IMG/VR virus record: IMGVR_UViG_3300023174_005338
Coordinates: 62,001-126,000 of that record
DNA length: 64,000 nucleotides
Strand: one strand, 5' to 3'
Shown here: in pieces, positions 55,100-64,000 of the stretch
Layout: every line of letters begins with the position of its first letter
Position numbering within the stretch: the first letter of the stretch is position 1
The notes under the pieces: generated by a model
What the model was told of the DNA's origin: nothing
The model's database searches: none
The model's input: only the letters and a program-made list of their open reading frames with translations
Position numbers and translations under genes: made by a program

Positions 55100-55598
55100 A
55101 TTTGGCGAACTAGTATTCAACCAAACTGATGTGATTGATCTGATCATGCAAGGACAAGATTTGACTGTGCTGGATGGCATGATCGTGGACGATTCTGTGG
55201 ACCTGCATCACTGGCCAGAATTTTTATCAACTGTGCCTAAATTACAGCAACAACAGTCTCGCACCTGTTCAGTCGAAGAATTCCACACACAGCAACAACA
55301 AAATTGGCACATGCCCGAATCATACAAGCACATGGACATAGCCGCACATGTATTGGGTCTGTGTACCGGCGAGGCCGAATTGCAACGCTGTGGTCAAGAA
55401 TTATTGCTGTACCAAGAACGTGACCTGTTTGATCTGTTGAAGTATCTCAAGTATCTAGTAGATGTCATGCAAGAGCATGCAATCATATGGGGAGTTGGCC
55501 GCGGCAGCAGCGTGGCCAGTCATGTGTTGTACAAGCTGGGAGTGCATAGGATCGACAGTTTGTATTATAATTTAGACATCAGCGAATTCTTGCGTTAA
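55086..55598 (+). CDS. N-terminal fragment of a split DNA polymerase III alpha subunit
   Basis: RCGQELLLY...YLVDVM...WGVGRGSSVASHVLYKLGVHRID..YNLDISEFLR; ends just before the PDxD catalytic motif. Confidence 0.85.
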   Translation: MKQNKFGELVFNQTDVIDLIMQGQDLTVLDGMIVDDSVDLHHWPEFLSTVPKLQQQQSRTCSVEEFHTQQQQNWHMPESYKHMDIAAHVLGLCTGEAELQRCGQELLLYQERDLFDLLKYLKYLVDVMQEHAIIWGVGRGSSVASHVLYKLGVHRIDSLYYNLDISEFLR

Positions 55599-55624
55599 AT
55601 AGCAACAACTACAAGGAACCAATT

Positions 55625-56110
55625 ATGACCAGCAAAGTTTACAAATCAGCACAGGGCAAGTCAGTTGATCTAGGAACTATAATTCTACAAAACGAACATG
55701 TGCGGGCCGTGGGCAACATGAATGTCAATGCTCGCGGCGATCTGTTGGACAATGAGAATCGTGTGATTGAAACTAAGCCGCGCCAGATACAACGGCAGAA
55801 TGCTCGCACTACCAATGTGTCTACTACTCCAGTCCAGACCAGTGTGATCCGAGCACGCAAAGAAAGAAAAAATCCAGTTGAATCCGATTCGGTAAATGTG
55901 CCCGATTCGGTAAATGTGCCCGATTTGGTTCCTTTGCCCGAATCATCACCGGCGGTGCTCGCAGAGCCGCCAGCTCAAGATGAAGTGGCGGCTGGAAAAA
56001 TACCCGCTGGCGGCCTGGCAGCTGCCATAGCCCGCAGTCGAGAAGTCAAACAAGAGCTGGAAAAAACTCGGCGCCAGCAACAACAGGCCCAGGGCGTAAG
56101 AAAAATCTAA
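55625..56110 (+). CDS. Hypothetical protein
   Basis: YKSAQGKSVDL...AVGNMNVNARGD; 18-bp tandem repeat (DSVNVP x2). Confidence 0.75.
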   Translation: MTSKVYKSAQGKSVDLGTIILQNEHVRAVGNMNVNARGDLLDNENRVIETKPRQIQRQNARTTNVSTTPVQTSVIRARKERKNPVESDSVNVPDSVNVPDLVPLPESSPAVLAEPPAQDEVAAGKIPAGGLAAAIARSREVKQELEKTRRQQQQAQGVRKI

Positions 56111-56118
56111 GAGGACTT

Positions 56119-56517
56119 ATGAAATCAGCATTTGCACCACATCAAATCACTCAACAACAAATCAAGGCTTTGCACGACAACGTCATAGTGTCAGATATGG
56201 AGTTTGACACACGCATCACACAAAGCGGTCTTATACTGCCCAACGACAACGGTACTACCTTGGGCATACGTCCCAGATGGGGTCGTGTGTATGCAGTAGG
56301 CCGGGATCAACAGGATGTCAAAGTAGGACAGTGGATCTTGGTGGCACACGGTCGTTGGACTCGTGGCATCGACATCGAAGACGGACAACAGGACCACAAG
56401 CGCACCATACGAAAAATTGATCCCGATGATATTCTGCTGATTGCCGACGGTGATCAACGTCCACAAGATGATACCATGAGCACAGCGATACATGTGCAGA
56501 AACAGACAAGAGAATAA
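56119..56517 (+). CDS. groES: Co-chaperonin GroES-like protein
   Basis: IKALHDNVIV...TQSGLILP...GRVYAVG...VKVGQWIL. Confidence 0.88.
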   Translation: MKSAFAPHQITQQQIKALHDNVIVSDMEFDTRITQSGLILPNDNGTTLGIRPRWGRVYAVGRDQQDVKVGQWILVAHGRWTRGIDIEDGQQDHKRTIRKIDPDDILLIADGDQRPQDDTMSTAIHVQKQTRE

Positions 56518-56519
56518 TC

Positions 56520-56669
56520 ATGCCCATGTATGAAACTACAGTGCGCACACCCGAAGGTGAACGGAAAGATCGAGTGTATGCCAAAGACTTGCAAGAAGCC
56601 CGAGTGCTGTTTGAACAACGCCACGGCCCCAGAAACGTTCCTTACATTCCACATATCATACCAAGTTAA
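56520..56669 (+). CDS. Small hypothetical protein
   Basis: Manual translation MPMYETTVRTPEG...; TAATG coupling. Confidence 0.55.
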   Translation: MPMYETTVRTPEGERKDRVYAKDLQEARVLFEQRHGPRNVPYIPHIIPS

Positions 56670-56890
56670 TGGGATTCCGAAAACCCAATCTCGACGATGC
56701 CCGATCTGCCATACAAACCAGTTTGATCGAAATACATAGTCCCTACAACGATGGTTGGACAAGTAGCAGTTGCAAACAAGAACTTTATCAGTTAAAATGT
56801 TGGTTAGAAGATGAGTATCGGCATTTACCAACATTTTCAGGAGAAGAAACATGGGAACAGGAACGACTGGTAGAAATACTCAAGCGGTAA
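56669..56890 (+). CDS. Hypothetical protein
   Basis: Coupled 73-aa ORF. Confidence 0.65.
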   Translation: MGFRKPNLDDARSAIQTSLIEIHSPYNDGWTSSSCKQELYQLKCWLEDEYRHLPTFSGEETWEQERLVEILKR

Positions 56891-57026
56891 AGCTGGCCAA
56901 ATGCAGTATTTGTTACCGGGTCCCTACTCCTGATTGCGATTGGCGTCAAGGACGTTGCCCACATCGCGAGCCCAGCGTGACAGAAACGGCAATGCGTAAT
57001 TTTTTTAATCTTTTCTGGCGCAGATA

Positions 57027-57383
57027 ATGCAAGACCTATTTCGAATTCATGCATGGTATCAAGAATTACCTAGATGGCAACAGTGGCTGACTTTGATCGG
57101 TTTGGGTGTTTGGATCTCGGCCATGGGCTTGTGGATCACACACGAACCCAGAGAACGCAAGAACAAACCGCCTTATATCTTGAAAAACTGTGACACCTGT
57201 GGTGTGGATCCAGCACGACAGATCAGTGCTCAAGAATACAACACCACAAAAAAACAGGCCTGGCGTTCCAGCTACGAACAAGAACAACAACGCCTACGCC
57301 AAGAAAAATGGGATCGTCAAGGTCGTGAACGCTGGTGTCGTAATAATCCTCGAGACCCAAATTGCAAAAAATTTCAACAATAA
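57027..57383 (+). CDS. Membrane-anchored hypothetical protein
   Basis: N-terminal TM segment. Confidence 0.6.
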   Translation: MQDLFRIHAWYQELPRWQQWLTLIGLGVWISAMGLWITHEPRERKNKPPYILKNCDTCGVDPARQISAQEYNTTKKQAWRSSYEQEQQRLRQEKWDRQGRERWCRNNPRDPNCKKFQQ

Positions 57384-57446
57384 ACGTCTTGACTCAAGAT
57401 TGTAATCATGTTATAATGTTTAATCTAAATTCCAAAGGAGAAGTAT

Positions 57447-57629
57447 ATGGCACTAACCAAACCAACCCGAACACAACTACCACAATCGCGACTGCGCAAA
57501 GTTGCTGCATTCAGTAAAAACGCCATCAGGCTTGTGGCCTTTGGCTTCCTGGCCTATTATGAAATACAAGCAGCCGCGGTATTGTTGGTCGTGGCCGAAC
57601 TGATTGCTGTTGCGGAACAGGCTTCATGA
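57447..57629 (+). CDS. Small membrane protein
   Basis: AAGGAG RBS; promoter TTGACT-N17-TATAAT (57389-57417). Confidence 0.65.
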   Translation: MALTKPTRTQLPQSRLRKVAAFSKNAIRLVAFGFLAYYEIQAAAVLLVVAELIAVAEQAS

Positions 57630-58546
57630 AAGAACTTTGGGTAGAAAAATATCGGCCCACCACAGTGGATGGTTATGTGTTTGTGGACGTTGCTCAACGC
57701 GAACAGGTTCAGAGCTGGATACGGGATAAAAGCATACCACACCTGTTGTTTTCGGGCAGTCCCGGCACCGGCAAGACCACCTTGGCCAAGATGCTGATCA
57801 ACGAGCTGGGCATTGATGAATACGATGTGATGTGGGCCAATGGATCTAAAGAAGCCAGAAAAATCGAGTGGGTGGACAAACTGATCAGCTTTTGTCAGAC
57901 CATGCCATTTGGTGCATTCAAGGTTGTCCTGATTGACGAGGCCGACTACATGAATCCACAAAGTGTGCAACCGGCCCTGCGTAATCTCATGGAAGACTAC
58001 AGTGATCATGTGAGATTCATCCTGACCTGTAACTATCCCAACAAAATCATTCCGCCCATACACAGTCGTTGCCAACAACTGCACATAGTCAAAACAGATC
58101 AAGTGGAATTCACTGCCCGAGTGGCCACTGTGCTGGTCACAGAACAAGTGCAATTTGACATTGATACTCTTGACAGTTATGTGCGAGCCACTTATCCAGA
58201 TCTGCGCAAGTGCTTGAACCTAGTTCAACAAAACAGCACCACAGGGCAACTGCTGGCACCCAGCTCGGCAGACAAAGCCGCAGGAGACTGGAAACTGGAC
58301 TGTGTGCAACTGTTCAAAGATGGCCGTATTCGTGAAGCTAGAACATTGATTTGTCAATCAAGCACTCCAGAAGAAGCTGACGACGTATTCCGTTGGATGT
58401 ACGACAACTTGGATTTATGGGCCCAGGATCCAGAACGGCAGGATCAGGCCATCATAATCATACGCAACGGTCTGGTCAATGTGCCCATGGTGGCAGATCA
58501 GGAAATCAATCTCAGCGCAACTCTTTGTGAGCTATGTCAACTGTAA
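57626..58546 (+). CDS. Sliding-clamp loader subunit (T4 gp44 / RFC small subunit-like)
   Basis: WVEKYRP, GSPGTGKTT, IDEAD, FILTCNY, SRC motif. Confidence 0.93.
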   Translation: MKELWVEKYRPTTVDGYVFVDVAQREQVQSWIRDKSIPHLLFSGSPGTGKTTLAKMLINELGIDEYDVMWANGSKEARKIEWVDKLISFCQTMPFGAFKVVLIDEADYMNPQSVQPALRNLMEDYSDHVRFILTCNYPNKIIPPIHSRCQQLHIVKTDQVEFTARVATVLVTEQVQFDIDTLDSYVRATYPDLRKCLNLVQQNSTTGQLLAPSSADKAAGDWKLDCVQLFKDGRIREARTLICQSSTPEEADDVFRWMYDNLDLWAQDPERQDQAIIIIRNGLVNVPMVADQEINLSATLCELCQL

Positions 58547-59673
58547 CAACATCACAATTTGATACCCTAGAACCTGCTATAGATCCCAACAACCGGATCA
58601 CATTCCTGCTGGATTGGGAACTGACCATGAAATGCAATTTAGATTGCAGTTATTGTGGAACAGGTATCTATTTCGGACATGACAATACTACTCGGCACCC
58701 ATCTTTGGACAAATGTTTGGATGCCTTGGATTTTATGTTTCTCTACGTGGATTTGTATATGCGTACAAAACCTCCGGGTCTGCGCTATGTTGTATTAAAT
58801 GTGTATGGTGGCGAAAGTCTACATCATCCAGACATTGTTGAAATTTTACGTCAGGTTAGACATCGACATCAGCACTATGCTGATCGTTGGAGACTGACAG
58901 TAACCACCACCACCAATGCTATAGTATCCAACAAAAAACTTCGGCAAATCATACCCTTGATTGATGAATTTAGTGTGAGTTATCACACTGAAAATACAGC
59001 CAAACAAAAACAACAATTCAAAGACAATCTACTGACCATTGCCGGCTCTGGCGTACAACAAAAATGTGTGGTACTCATGCATCAACAACCGGAGCTTTTT
59101 CAAGATGCTGTGGACATGATTGACTGGTTGACTCATAACAATATCCGAGTATTACCAAGACAATTAGATGCTAATGAAGGTTTAGATGGTCTTAGAATTT
59201 ACAAACAAAATCAGGTGAAATGGTTCAGTAAACTCTACAAAAACAAAACATTTGGTGAGTCGATGGAGTTGTTGGATGGCAACACCGACTCCAACTTGAC
59301 CGATGTGGGCCGAGCCTGCTGTGGAGGACGGCAAATCTGTGCCGATCAAAATTACAAACAAAGACACTTTTATGTGGGAAACAAATTTCCCGACTGGTAT
59401 TGCAGCGTGAATCATTTTTTTCTTTATGTCAAACAGGTCAACGGAGAAGTTTTTGTCAACAAAGATTGTAAAATGAATTTTGATGGCAAGGTTGGCCCCA
59501 TTGGCAATCTCAGCGACACTCAACAGATTTTGTCTACGCTTCGTGACCAACTTGACACAGATTCCATGCCCGTAATACAATGTAAAAAATACAACTGTTT
59601 TTGTGGTCTGTGCGCTCCCAAAGCCAAAGATTTATCAACTTATCATTCTATCATGGAAAAATATCACATATGA
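58534..59673 (+). CDS. Radical SAM protein
   Basis: CNLDCSYC, YGGESL, TTNA, SYHTE; C-terminal Cys cluster CKKYNCFCGLC. Confidence 0.9.
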   Translation: MSTVTTSQFDTLEPAIDPNNRITFLLDWELTMKCNLDCSYCGTGIYFGHDNTTRHPSLDKCLDALDFMFLYVDLYMRTKPPGLRYVVLNVYGGESLHHPDIVEILRQVRHRHQHYADRWRLTVTTTTNAIVSNKKLRQIIPLIDEFSVSYHTENTAKQKQQFKDNLLTIAGSGVQQKCVVLMHQQPELFQDAVDMIDWLTHNNIRVLPRQLDANEGLDGLRIYKQNQVKWFSKLYKNKTFGESMELLDGNTDSNLTDVGRACCGGRQICADQNYKQRHFYVGNKFPDWYCSVNHFFLYVKQVNGEVFVNKDCKMNFDGKVGPIGNLSDTQQILSTLRDQLDTDSMPVIQCKKYNCFCGLCAPKAKDLSTYHSIMEKYHI

Positions 59674-59954
59674 GATACCTATTATTGACCTACTATACCA
59701 GGCCGTCGGGCAAAATTGACGAAGTTATGACCATCTCAAAAAGACTCAAGACTAGAGATTGGCAAATGACCAATGTGATCTTGGATTTCAAAGAGTGCCG
59801 GGTACTGACCTGTAGTGTGGCCGGTGTAACTGCCAACAAAGACTGGGACACCATAGTCGGATACTATTACAAACACTATGCTGCCACCATTGAACGCCTG
59901 TTCCAAGAAAACGGACACGAACTACCAAAGGCTGAGCCAGAGACTGCTGCTTGA
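59670..59954 (+). CDS. Hypothetical protein
   Basis: ATGA-coupled; MRYLLLTYY... Confidence 0.7.
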   Translation: MRYLLLTYYTRPSGKIDEVMTISKRLKTRDWQMTNVILDFKECRVLTCSVAGVTANKDWDTIVGYYYKHYAATIERLFQENGHELPKAEPETAA

Positions 59955-59985
59955 CACAAAATGCATTTGGTAGTATAATAAAGTT

Positions 59986-60591
59986 ATGAAATGGAAAAAT
60001 CTGGATCGCTTGATACTCACAGACTGTGATGGCGTGTGCCTGGACTGGGAATGGGCATTCAATGTATGGATGCAGGAACATGGCTTTGAAGAAGTTCCTG
60101 GCAGCAAACTACAGTATGACATGAGCCTGCGATATGGAGTCAGCAAGGATCAGATCCGTAAGTTGATCAAGGTGTTCAACGAGAGTGCCGCCATTGGCTT
60201 TTTGCCTGCCATGCGTGATGCCATGTACTATGTCAAGCGACTGCACGAGGAACATGGATTCAGATTCCATGCCATAACCAGTCTTAGTCTGGATCCCAAT
60301 GCGCAGAAACTGCGTGAGATGAACATACACAAGTTATTTGGGCCCACGGCCTTTGAGCGAATTGTATGCCTAGACACCGGAGCTCACAAAGACGAAGCCC
60401 TGGAAGAATATGAAGGCACCGGTTGTTACTGGATCGAGGACAAGCCTGACAATGCCGAGGCCGGGTATCGAGCAGGATTGAAATGTTTGCTGTTAGAGCA
60501 CGGCCATAACATGCATCACTACCATGAAGATATAAACCTGGTAAAAAACTGGAAGGAGATTTACCAGGTCATCACAGGTCAATACGTGTAG
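59986..60591 (+). CDS. HAD-superfamily hydrolase (5'-deoxyribonucleotidase-like)
   Basis: LTDCDGV (DxD), WIEDKPDN; promoter TTGACA-N17-TATAAT (59951-59979). Confidence 0.88.
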   Translation: MKWKNLDRLILTDCDGVCLDWEWAFNVWMQEHGFEEVPGSKLQYDMSLRYGVSKDQIRKLIKVFNESAAIGFLPAMRDAMYYVKRLHEEHGFRFHAITSLSLDPNAQKLREMNIHKLFGPTAFERIVCLDTGAHKDEALEEYEGTGCYWIEDKPDNAEAGYRAGLKCLLLEHGHNMHHYHEDINLVKNWKEIYQVITGQYV

Positions 60592-61316
60592 AGTCGTAAT
60601 ACACTGCCAATAATGGCATGTCGCTGTACATCGCGAGCTTGTAACTCGCACACAGCTATTCCGTCAACACCCCCTTTCCCCAGCCGTTGACTCAGGTCCA
60701 TGAGACCATTGTCGCCGTGACTGCGATCGGCTTGTTCAATGTCACCCGTTATAATGATTTTTGAATCCACACCTATGCGTGTCATCAACATCTTACATTG
60801 GGCTGGCGTGGCATTTTGCATTTCATCTGCAATGATCCAGCTACGCTTGAACGTTCGACCCCGCATGAAAGCCAAGGGGGCTATTTCTATGACCTGATCC
60901 TCAATCATCGCACTGATGTCTTGAGGGCGGTAACTCTCGCGCAGTACGTCTAACAAGGGGCGAGTCCATGGTTCCATTTTTGCCACAAGATTGCCCGGCA
61001 GGAATCCGTGCCGTTCATTTTCTACTCCCACTGCAGGTCGTGTCATTACTATGCGTTCTGTGGTTCCTTCTTGAAGAGCTCGTACAGCGGCCTGCATGGC
61101 CAAGTAAGTTTTACCTGTGCCAGCGGGTCCTACTGTGACAACAATGTGTTGAGAACTATCCTGCAAGGCCAAGACCAGGCGTTCTTGATTTCTTGTGCGT
61201 GGCACAAGTTCAATGGCGCGAGGGCGGTACTGCTTGGGTTGGGCTTGGCTAAACTGGATGGTGTTCTCGACTTGTTGCATACGCTTTTGTGCTTTTTGTG
61301 CGCGATTTCTACTCAA
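60579..61316 (-). CDS. phoH: PhoH-like ATPase
   Basis: GPAGTGKTYLA, TRPAV, GFLPG, LAFMRGRTF, DEMQN, GDIEQAD; TTG start at 61316 with GGAG RBS. Confidence 0.95.
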   Translation of the reverse strand: MSRNRAQKAQKRMQQVENTIQFSQAQPKQYRPRAIELVPRTRNQERLVLALQDSSQHIVVTVGPAGTGKTYLAMQAAVRALQEGTTERIVMTRPAVGVENERHGFLPGNLVAKMEPWTRPLLDVLRESYRPQDISAMIEDQVIEIAPLAFMRGRTFKRSWIIADEMQNATPAQCKMLMTRIGVDSKIIITGDIEQADRSHGDNGLMDLSQRLGKGGVDGIAVCELQARDVQRHAIIGSVLRLYTY

Positions 61317-61493
61317 GTGCGATTCTCCGTTTTGGTTAAATTGTACTTCAACAGTGATTACTGTCACAGGTATTTAGGTTGTAATTTTAAAAAATAGTAT
61401 GGGTACTGATATTTGAAAAAATTATGCTAAGTATTAAGCTACACTCAAAATCCTTCAAATCTGCCGCACAACAAAATCACCATAAATAAAAAC

Positions 61494-62075
61494 ATGAGTA
61501 AAACTATTGATCAAGCCATATTCCGCGACGGAGAAGATTATTGGCAGGTGGCTGAAAATATCAAAGATATCTATCTTAGCGAAGGCAGCCTGCTGACCTT
61601 GTTAGACTTCGAGCGTGTGCTGGACGAGCTGGATTTGTATGCTTTCCGAAACTGGCAGATTGGGGAACTAGTAAGTGGACCCAACATTGGCAAATATCGT
61701 GTGACCTGCATATTCATGTGGCCCGAGAAACTCATGCCCGACCCACGTGGTGCCCGTAGATTATTGCCCTTTGACTGCGAAGTAAAATTCAAAAAAACTG
61801 CCATGAAAGTGCCCATGAAAATCACGGATCCGTCGGACTATCGTCCTGGCACAAAAAAAGCAAGGCTCATAGAAAAGAAAATCTGGCTGGTGCAGATCAC
61901 CATGCCCAAGGCTCTCATGAGCGACATACGCACAGGTTCAGTGGAATTAGAAGATCAAGACATTGATTTAGAAGATCTAGATGATGCTTATGAACAGGAT
62001 CTGGATCAAGAAAGTTATCAAAGCGACCAACAGGCACAAAATGCACAACAAACACTCCAACAACCAGCTATTTGA
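61494..62075 (+). CDS. Conserved hypothetical late protein
   Basis: ATAAATA box 5 nt upstream; LDFERVLDELD...MPDPRGARRLL. Confidence 0.75.
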   Translation: MSKTIDQAIFRDGEDYWQVAENIKDIYLSEGSLLTLLDFERVLDELDLYAFRNWQIGELVSGPNIGKYRVTCIFMWPEKLMPDPRGARRLLPFDCEVKFKKTAMKVPMKITDPSDYRPGTKKARLIEKKIWLVQITMPKALMSDIRTGSVELEDQDIDLEDLDDAYEQDLDQESYQSDQQAQNAQQTLQQPAI

Positions 62076-62601
62076 AAGCCTGAGCTTCAAGGACCTTGAT
62101 GGCTTGCTCAAGCCCACCATCCACGTGGATGAATTTAGTAGTAAAATGGGCGATGACGATGACATCATAGTGATCAGTTTTTTTGTGCGTGATCAACAAG
62201 CCGCCAAGGACCTCATGATGTGGTTTGAAAAAGGCTATGACTTTGTACTAGATGCCGATCGCAGTCCAGGAGAAATTCGACCCGGACGTTACTTGGTTTA
62301 TGTGGAAATACGACGTAGAAGCACAGCTGGTGGCAATGTAGAACAGTTGCTCAACGATCTCAATACTTTGACTGAGTTTGAATCAGCCGATCAATGGCTC
62401 ATGCATTACAAGGGCAAAGAAATCCCGTTTAGCCGCGACACATTTGACAGCACAGTGCCCTTGACTCCCAAGGCCTATCGCGACCGCTATGAAAAAGATC
62501 TAAATGAAGTACGTGTGGCAGCCGGTATTCCTGTGATCACCAGCTACGACAAACGAGATCGCGCACTGCAAACCATACAAAGCGCTGCTGGAATTATCTA
62601 A
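62041..62601 (+). CDS. Conserved hypothetical protein
   Basis: IHVDEFSSKMGDDDD...FEKGYDFVLDAD.SPGE. Confidence 0.75.
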   Translation: MHNKHSNNQLFESLSFKDLDGLLKPTIHVDEFSSKMGDDDDIIVISFFVRDQQAAKDLMMWFEKGYDFVLDADRSPGEIRPGRYLVYVEIRRRSTAGGNVEQLLNDLNTLTEFESADQWLMHYKGKEIPFSRDTFDSTVPLTPKAYRDRYEKDLNEVRVAAGIPVITSYDKRDRALQTIQSAAGII

Positions 62602-62634
62602 AGCTCTATTCTAAAAGTAGGTATATATGTACCT

Positions 62635-63315
62635 ATGAAATTAAAAAGTTTTGGTTGCAGTTTTACCTACGGAAGCGATCTTGCTGACTGTACCGATCAA
62701 CGTCACAGTTGTTTGACCTGGCCGGCCCTGATAGCACAAAAACTTGATCTAGCCTATGAATGTCATGCCTGGCCCGGCATAGGAAATTTACAAATCATGC
62801 ACAGGGTACTGGAACAAATCTCAGACTCAGAACCCAATGTATTTGTTATAAATTGGACCTGGTTGGACAGGTTTGACTACATGCATCCGGTCAACGAATC
62901 TTTTTTGACCCTACGGCCGGATGGAGATCTTGAGGAACATCAGTTGTATTACAAACACTTTTACAATCAGTATCATACTGTGTTGACCAATGCGGCCTGG
63001 ATTATGGCCGTGATTTTACTCTTAAAAGCAAGAAATGTTAAATTTCTAATGACCTGTATGGATCCGATACTGATGGAGATCATCAATCCCAATTGGCAAG
63101 ATCCTAGATCTGTCACACTGTTACAAAATCAGATTGGTCCGTATCTGAGCTGGTTTGATGATAAGTCATTTCTAGAGTGGAGTCGTAGCAAAGGATACCC
63201 AGAATCCGATGCCTGGCATCCATTGCAACAGGCACACGAAGCAGCAGCAGCTTATATGATCACAGTTTTTGATAAACAAAAAACAAGCGACCCAGCTCTG
63301 CAGGTTCGCGTTTGA
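62635..63315 (+). CDS. SGNH/GDSL hydrolase-like protein
   Basis: FGCSFTYG block I, G-N block, DAWHP terminal motif. Confidence 0.7.
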   Translation: MKLKSFGCSFTYGSDLADCTDQRHSCLTWPALIAQKLDLAYECHAWPGIGNLQIMHRVLEQISDSEPNVFVINWTWLDRFDYMHPVNESFLTLRPDGDLEEHQLYYKHFYNQYHTVLTNAAWIMAVILLLKARNVKFLMTCMDPILMEIINPNWQDPRSVTLLQNQIGPYLSWFDDKSFLEWSRSKGYPESDAWHPLQQAHEAAAAYMITVFDKQKTSDPALQVRV

Positions 63316-64000
63316 ATTCCAATAGTTTTAAATTGTAACGTTCAGCAAACTCATTTACTATTTCAAAGGTCCAAGGAAATATATCTACATAAGGACCAGC
63401 CTTGTGCGGAATACCTGGATTGGCACGCAGATAGAATCGACCACCTGGTGCCAACAAGTTTATGCAATGGGCAAATCTTTCTTCGATTTCATCCTGGCTG
63501 TTGAAATTGATTGATCCCAGGGCAATGATATGATCATGTGTACCTGCACGCACTCGGTAATCCAGGATGTCAACTTCGTAGTCTGCGCAATCGTTGTAAG
63601 GGTCAATTCCGATCAAGTTTGGAATACGACCTTTAAACGGATGATATCCGCAACCCACGTCTAATACATTTTGGGGATTTTGTTTGGCAATGGTTTCGGC
63701 CAAGGCCCAGCCCGAGTGATCATATTCACCAGTCCTGGGCTTCCATATTTCGGCAAAAAATCTATGGGTGTAACGCTCACTGAGATCATCTACGATATGT
63801 TTTAGGGTGCCACGGTATTCACAAGGCAAGCCCAGTTCAGCTTCCACAGCATCTTTGAACTTGCGATAGCGTGCCGGAGTCCAAGGCAGGTCCTCTACTA
63901 TGGTGTCAGTGCCAACATTGGCACGTACACTTTCGTATTTGGGCAAGGCAAAAGCTGTGTCCAAATTTTTCTTGATTAAGGCAAAAATTTTGGTATTCAT
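63260..64000 (-). CDS. Class I SAM-dependent methyltransferase with helical N-terminal extension; start at the window edge
   Basis: VLDVGCG, IGIDP, LAPGG. Confidence 0.85.
   Translation of the reverse strand: MNTKIFALIKKNLDTAFALPKYESVRANVGTDTIVEDLPWTPARYRKFKDAVEAELGLPCEYRGTLKHIVDDLSERYTHRFFAEIWKPRTGEYDHSGWALAETIAKQNPQNVLDVGCGYHPFKGRIPNLIGIDPYNDCADYEVDILDYRVRAGTHDHIIALGSINFNSQDEIEERFAHCINLLAPGGRFYLRANPGIPHKAGPYVDIFPWTFEIVNEFAERYNLKLLEFKREPAELGRLFFVYQKL

Noticed and set aside
61340-61400. Pho box upstream of phoH
   Set aside because: Only a single TGTCAC half-site with no 11-bp repeat; a TAAATA late-type box is present instead.
806-63315. Numerous 60-160 aa ORFs nested in or antisense to long genes (e.g. 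8426-8818, 16298-18558, 46502-47881, 57557-58153)
   Set aside because: They overlap well-supported genes, lack RBS or motifs, and reflect codon bias of the real frame.
1-64000. Stop-codon reassignment, as in some large phages
   Set aside because: Long conserved genes are intact under code 11, and TAA, TAG and TGA all terminate well-supported genes.
1-64000. Bacterial chromosome or prophage origin suggested by clpP, infA, groES, erpA and sod
   Set aside because: These genes are isolated among virion genes, T4-type late boxes and a gp44-like loader, without their usual bacterial operon context; no integrase or att site was seen.

Overview
This window is a fragment of a large, lytic, T4-like (myovirus-type) phage genome, not a bacterial chromosome. 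It is densely packed with short hypothetical ORFs behind repeated sigma70-type early promoters (GGTTGACC-N17-TATAAT/TATACT) and T4-late-like ATAAATA/ATAAGTA boxes. Virion genes include tail fibre, LamG, Ig-like/baseplate-type and glycine-rich proteins. Replication and repair genes include a gp44/RFC-like clamp loader, a compact DnaE, a separate DnaE N-fragment, thyX, uvsE and two HNH homing endonucleases. Host-like auxiliary genes include two ClpP, GroES, IF-1, PhoH, SOD, ErpA, rubredoxin/rubrerythrin, a fatty-acid desaturase, a phasin-like protein, a SleB hydrolase and an amidinotransferase. A proteobacterial host is an inference from the PlcP/Agt, phasin and ErpA content. The main candidates for undescribed biology are: (1) a Pho-box-preceded plcP-agt membrane lipid remodelling module (36553-38508); (2) a coupled operon of a DGQHR ParB-like protein, a PD-(D/E)xK nuclease, an HNH-like protein and an ABC-ATPase-GNAT fusion (28306-31457), sitting next to a highly structured ~230-nt putative ncRNA (27930-28160); (3) a GNAT-desaturase-phasin cluster with PhaR-box-like sites; (4) a 16-bp palindromic operator placed in helical phase upstream of three early promoters; (5) an H-type RNA pseudoknot upstream of an OB-fold gene. 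No tRNA, rRNA, CRISPR array or integrase was seen. All calls come from motif recognition by eye; no database searches were run.
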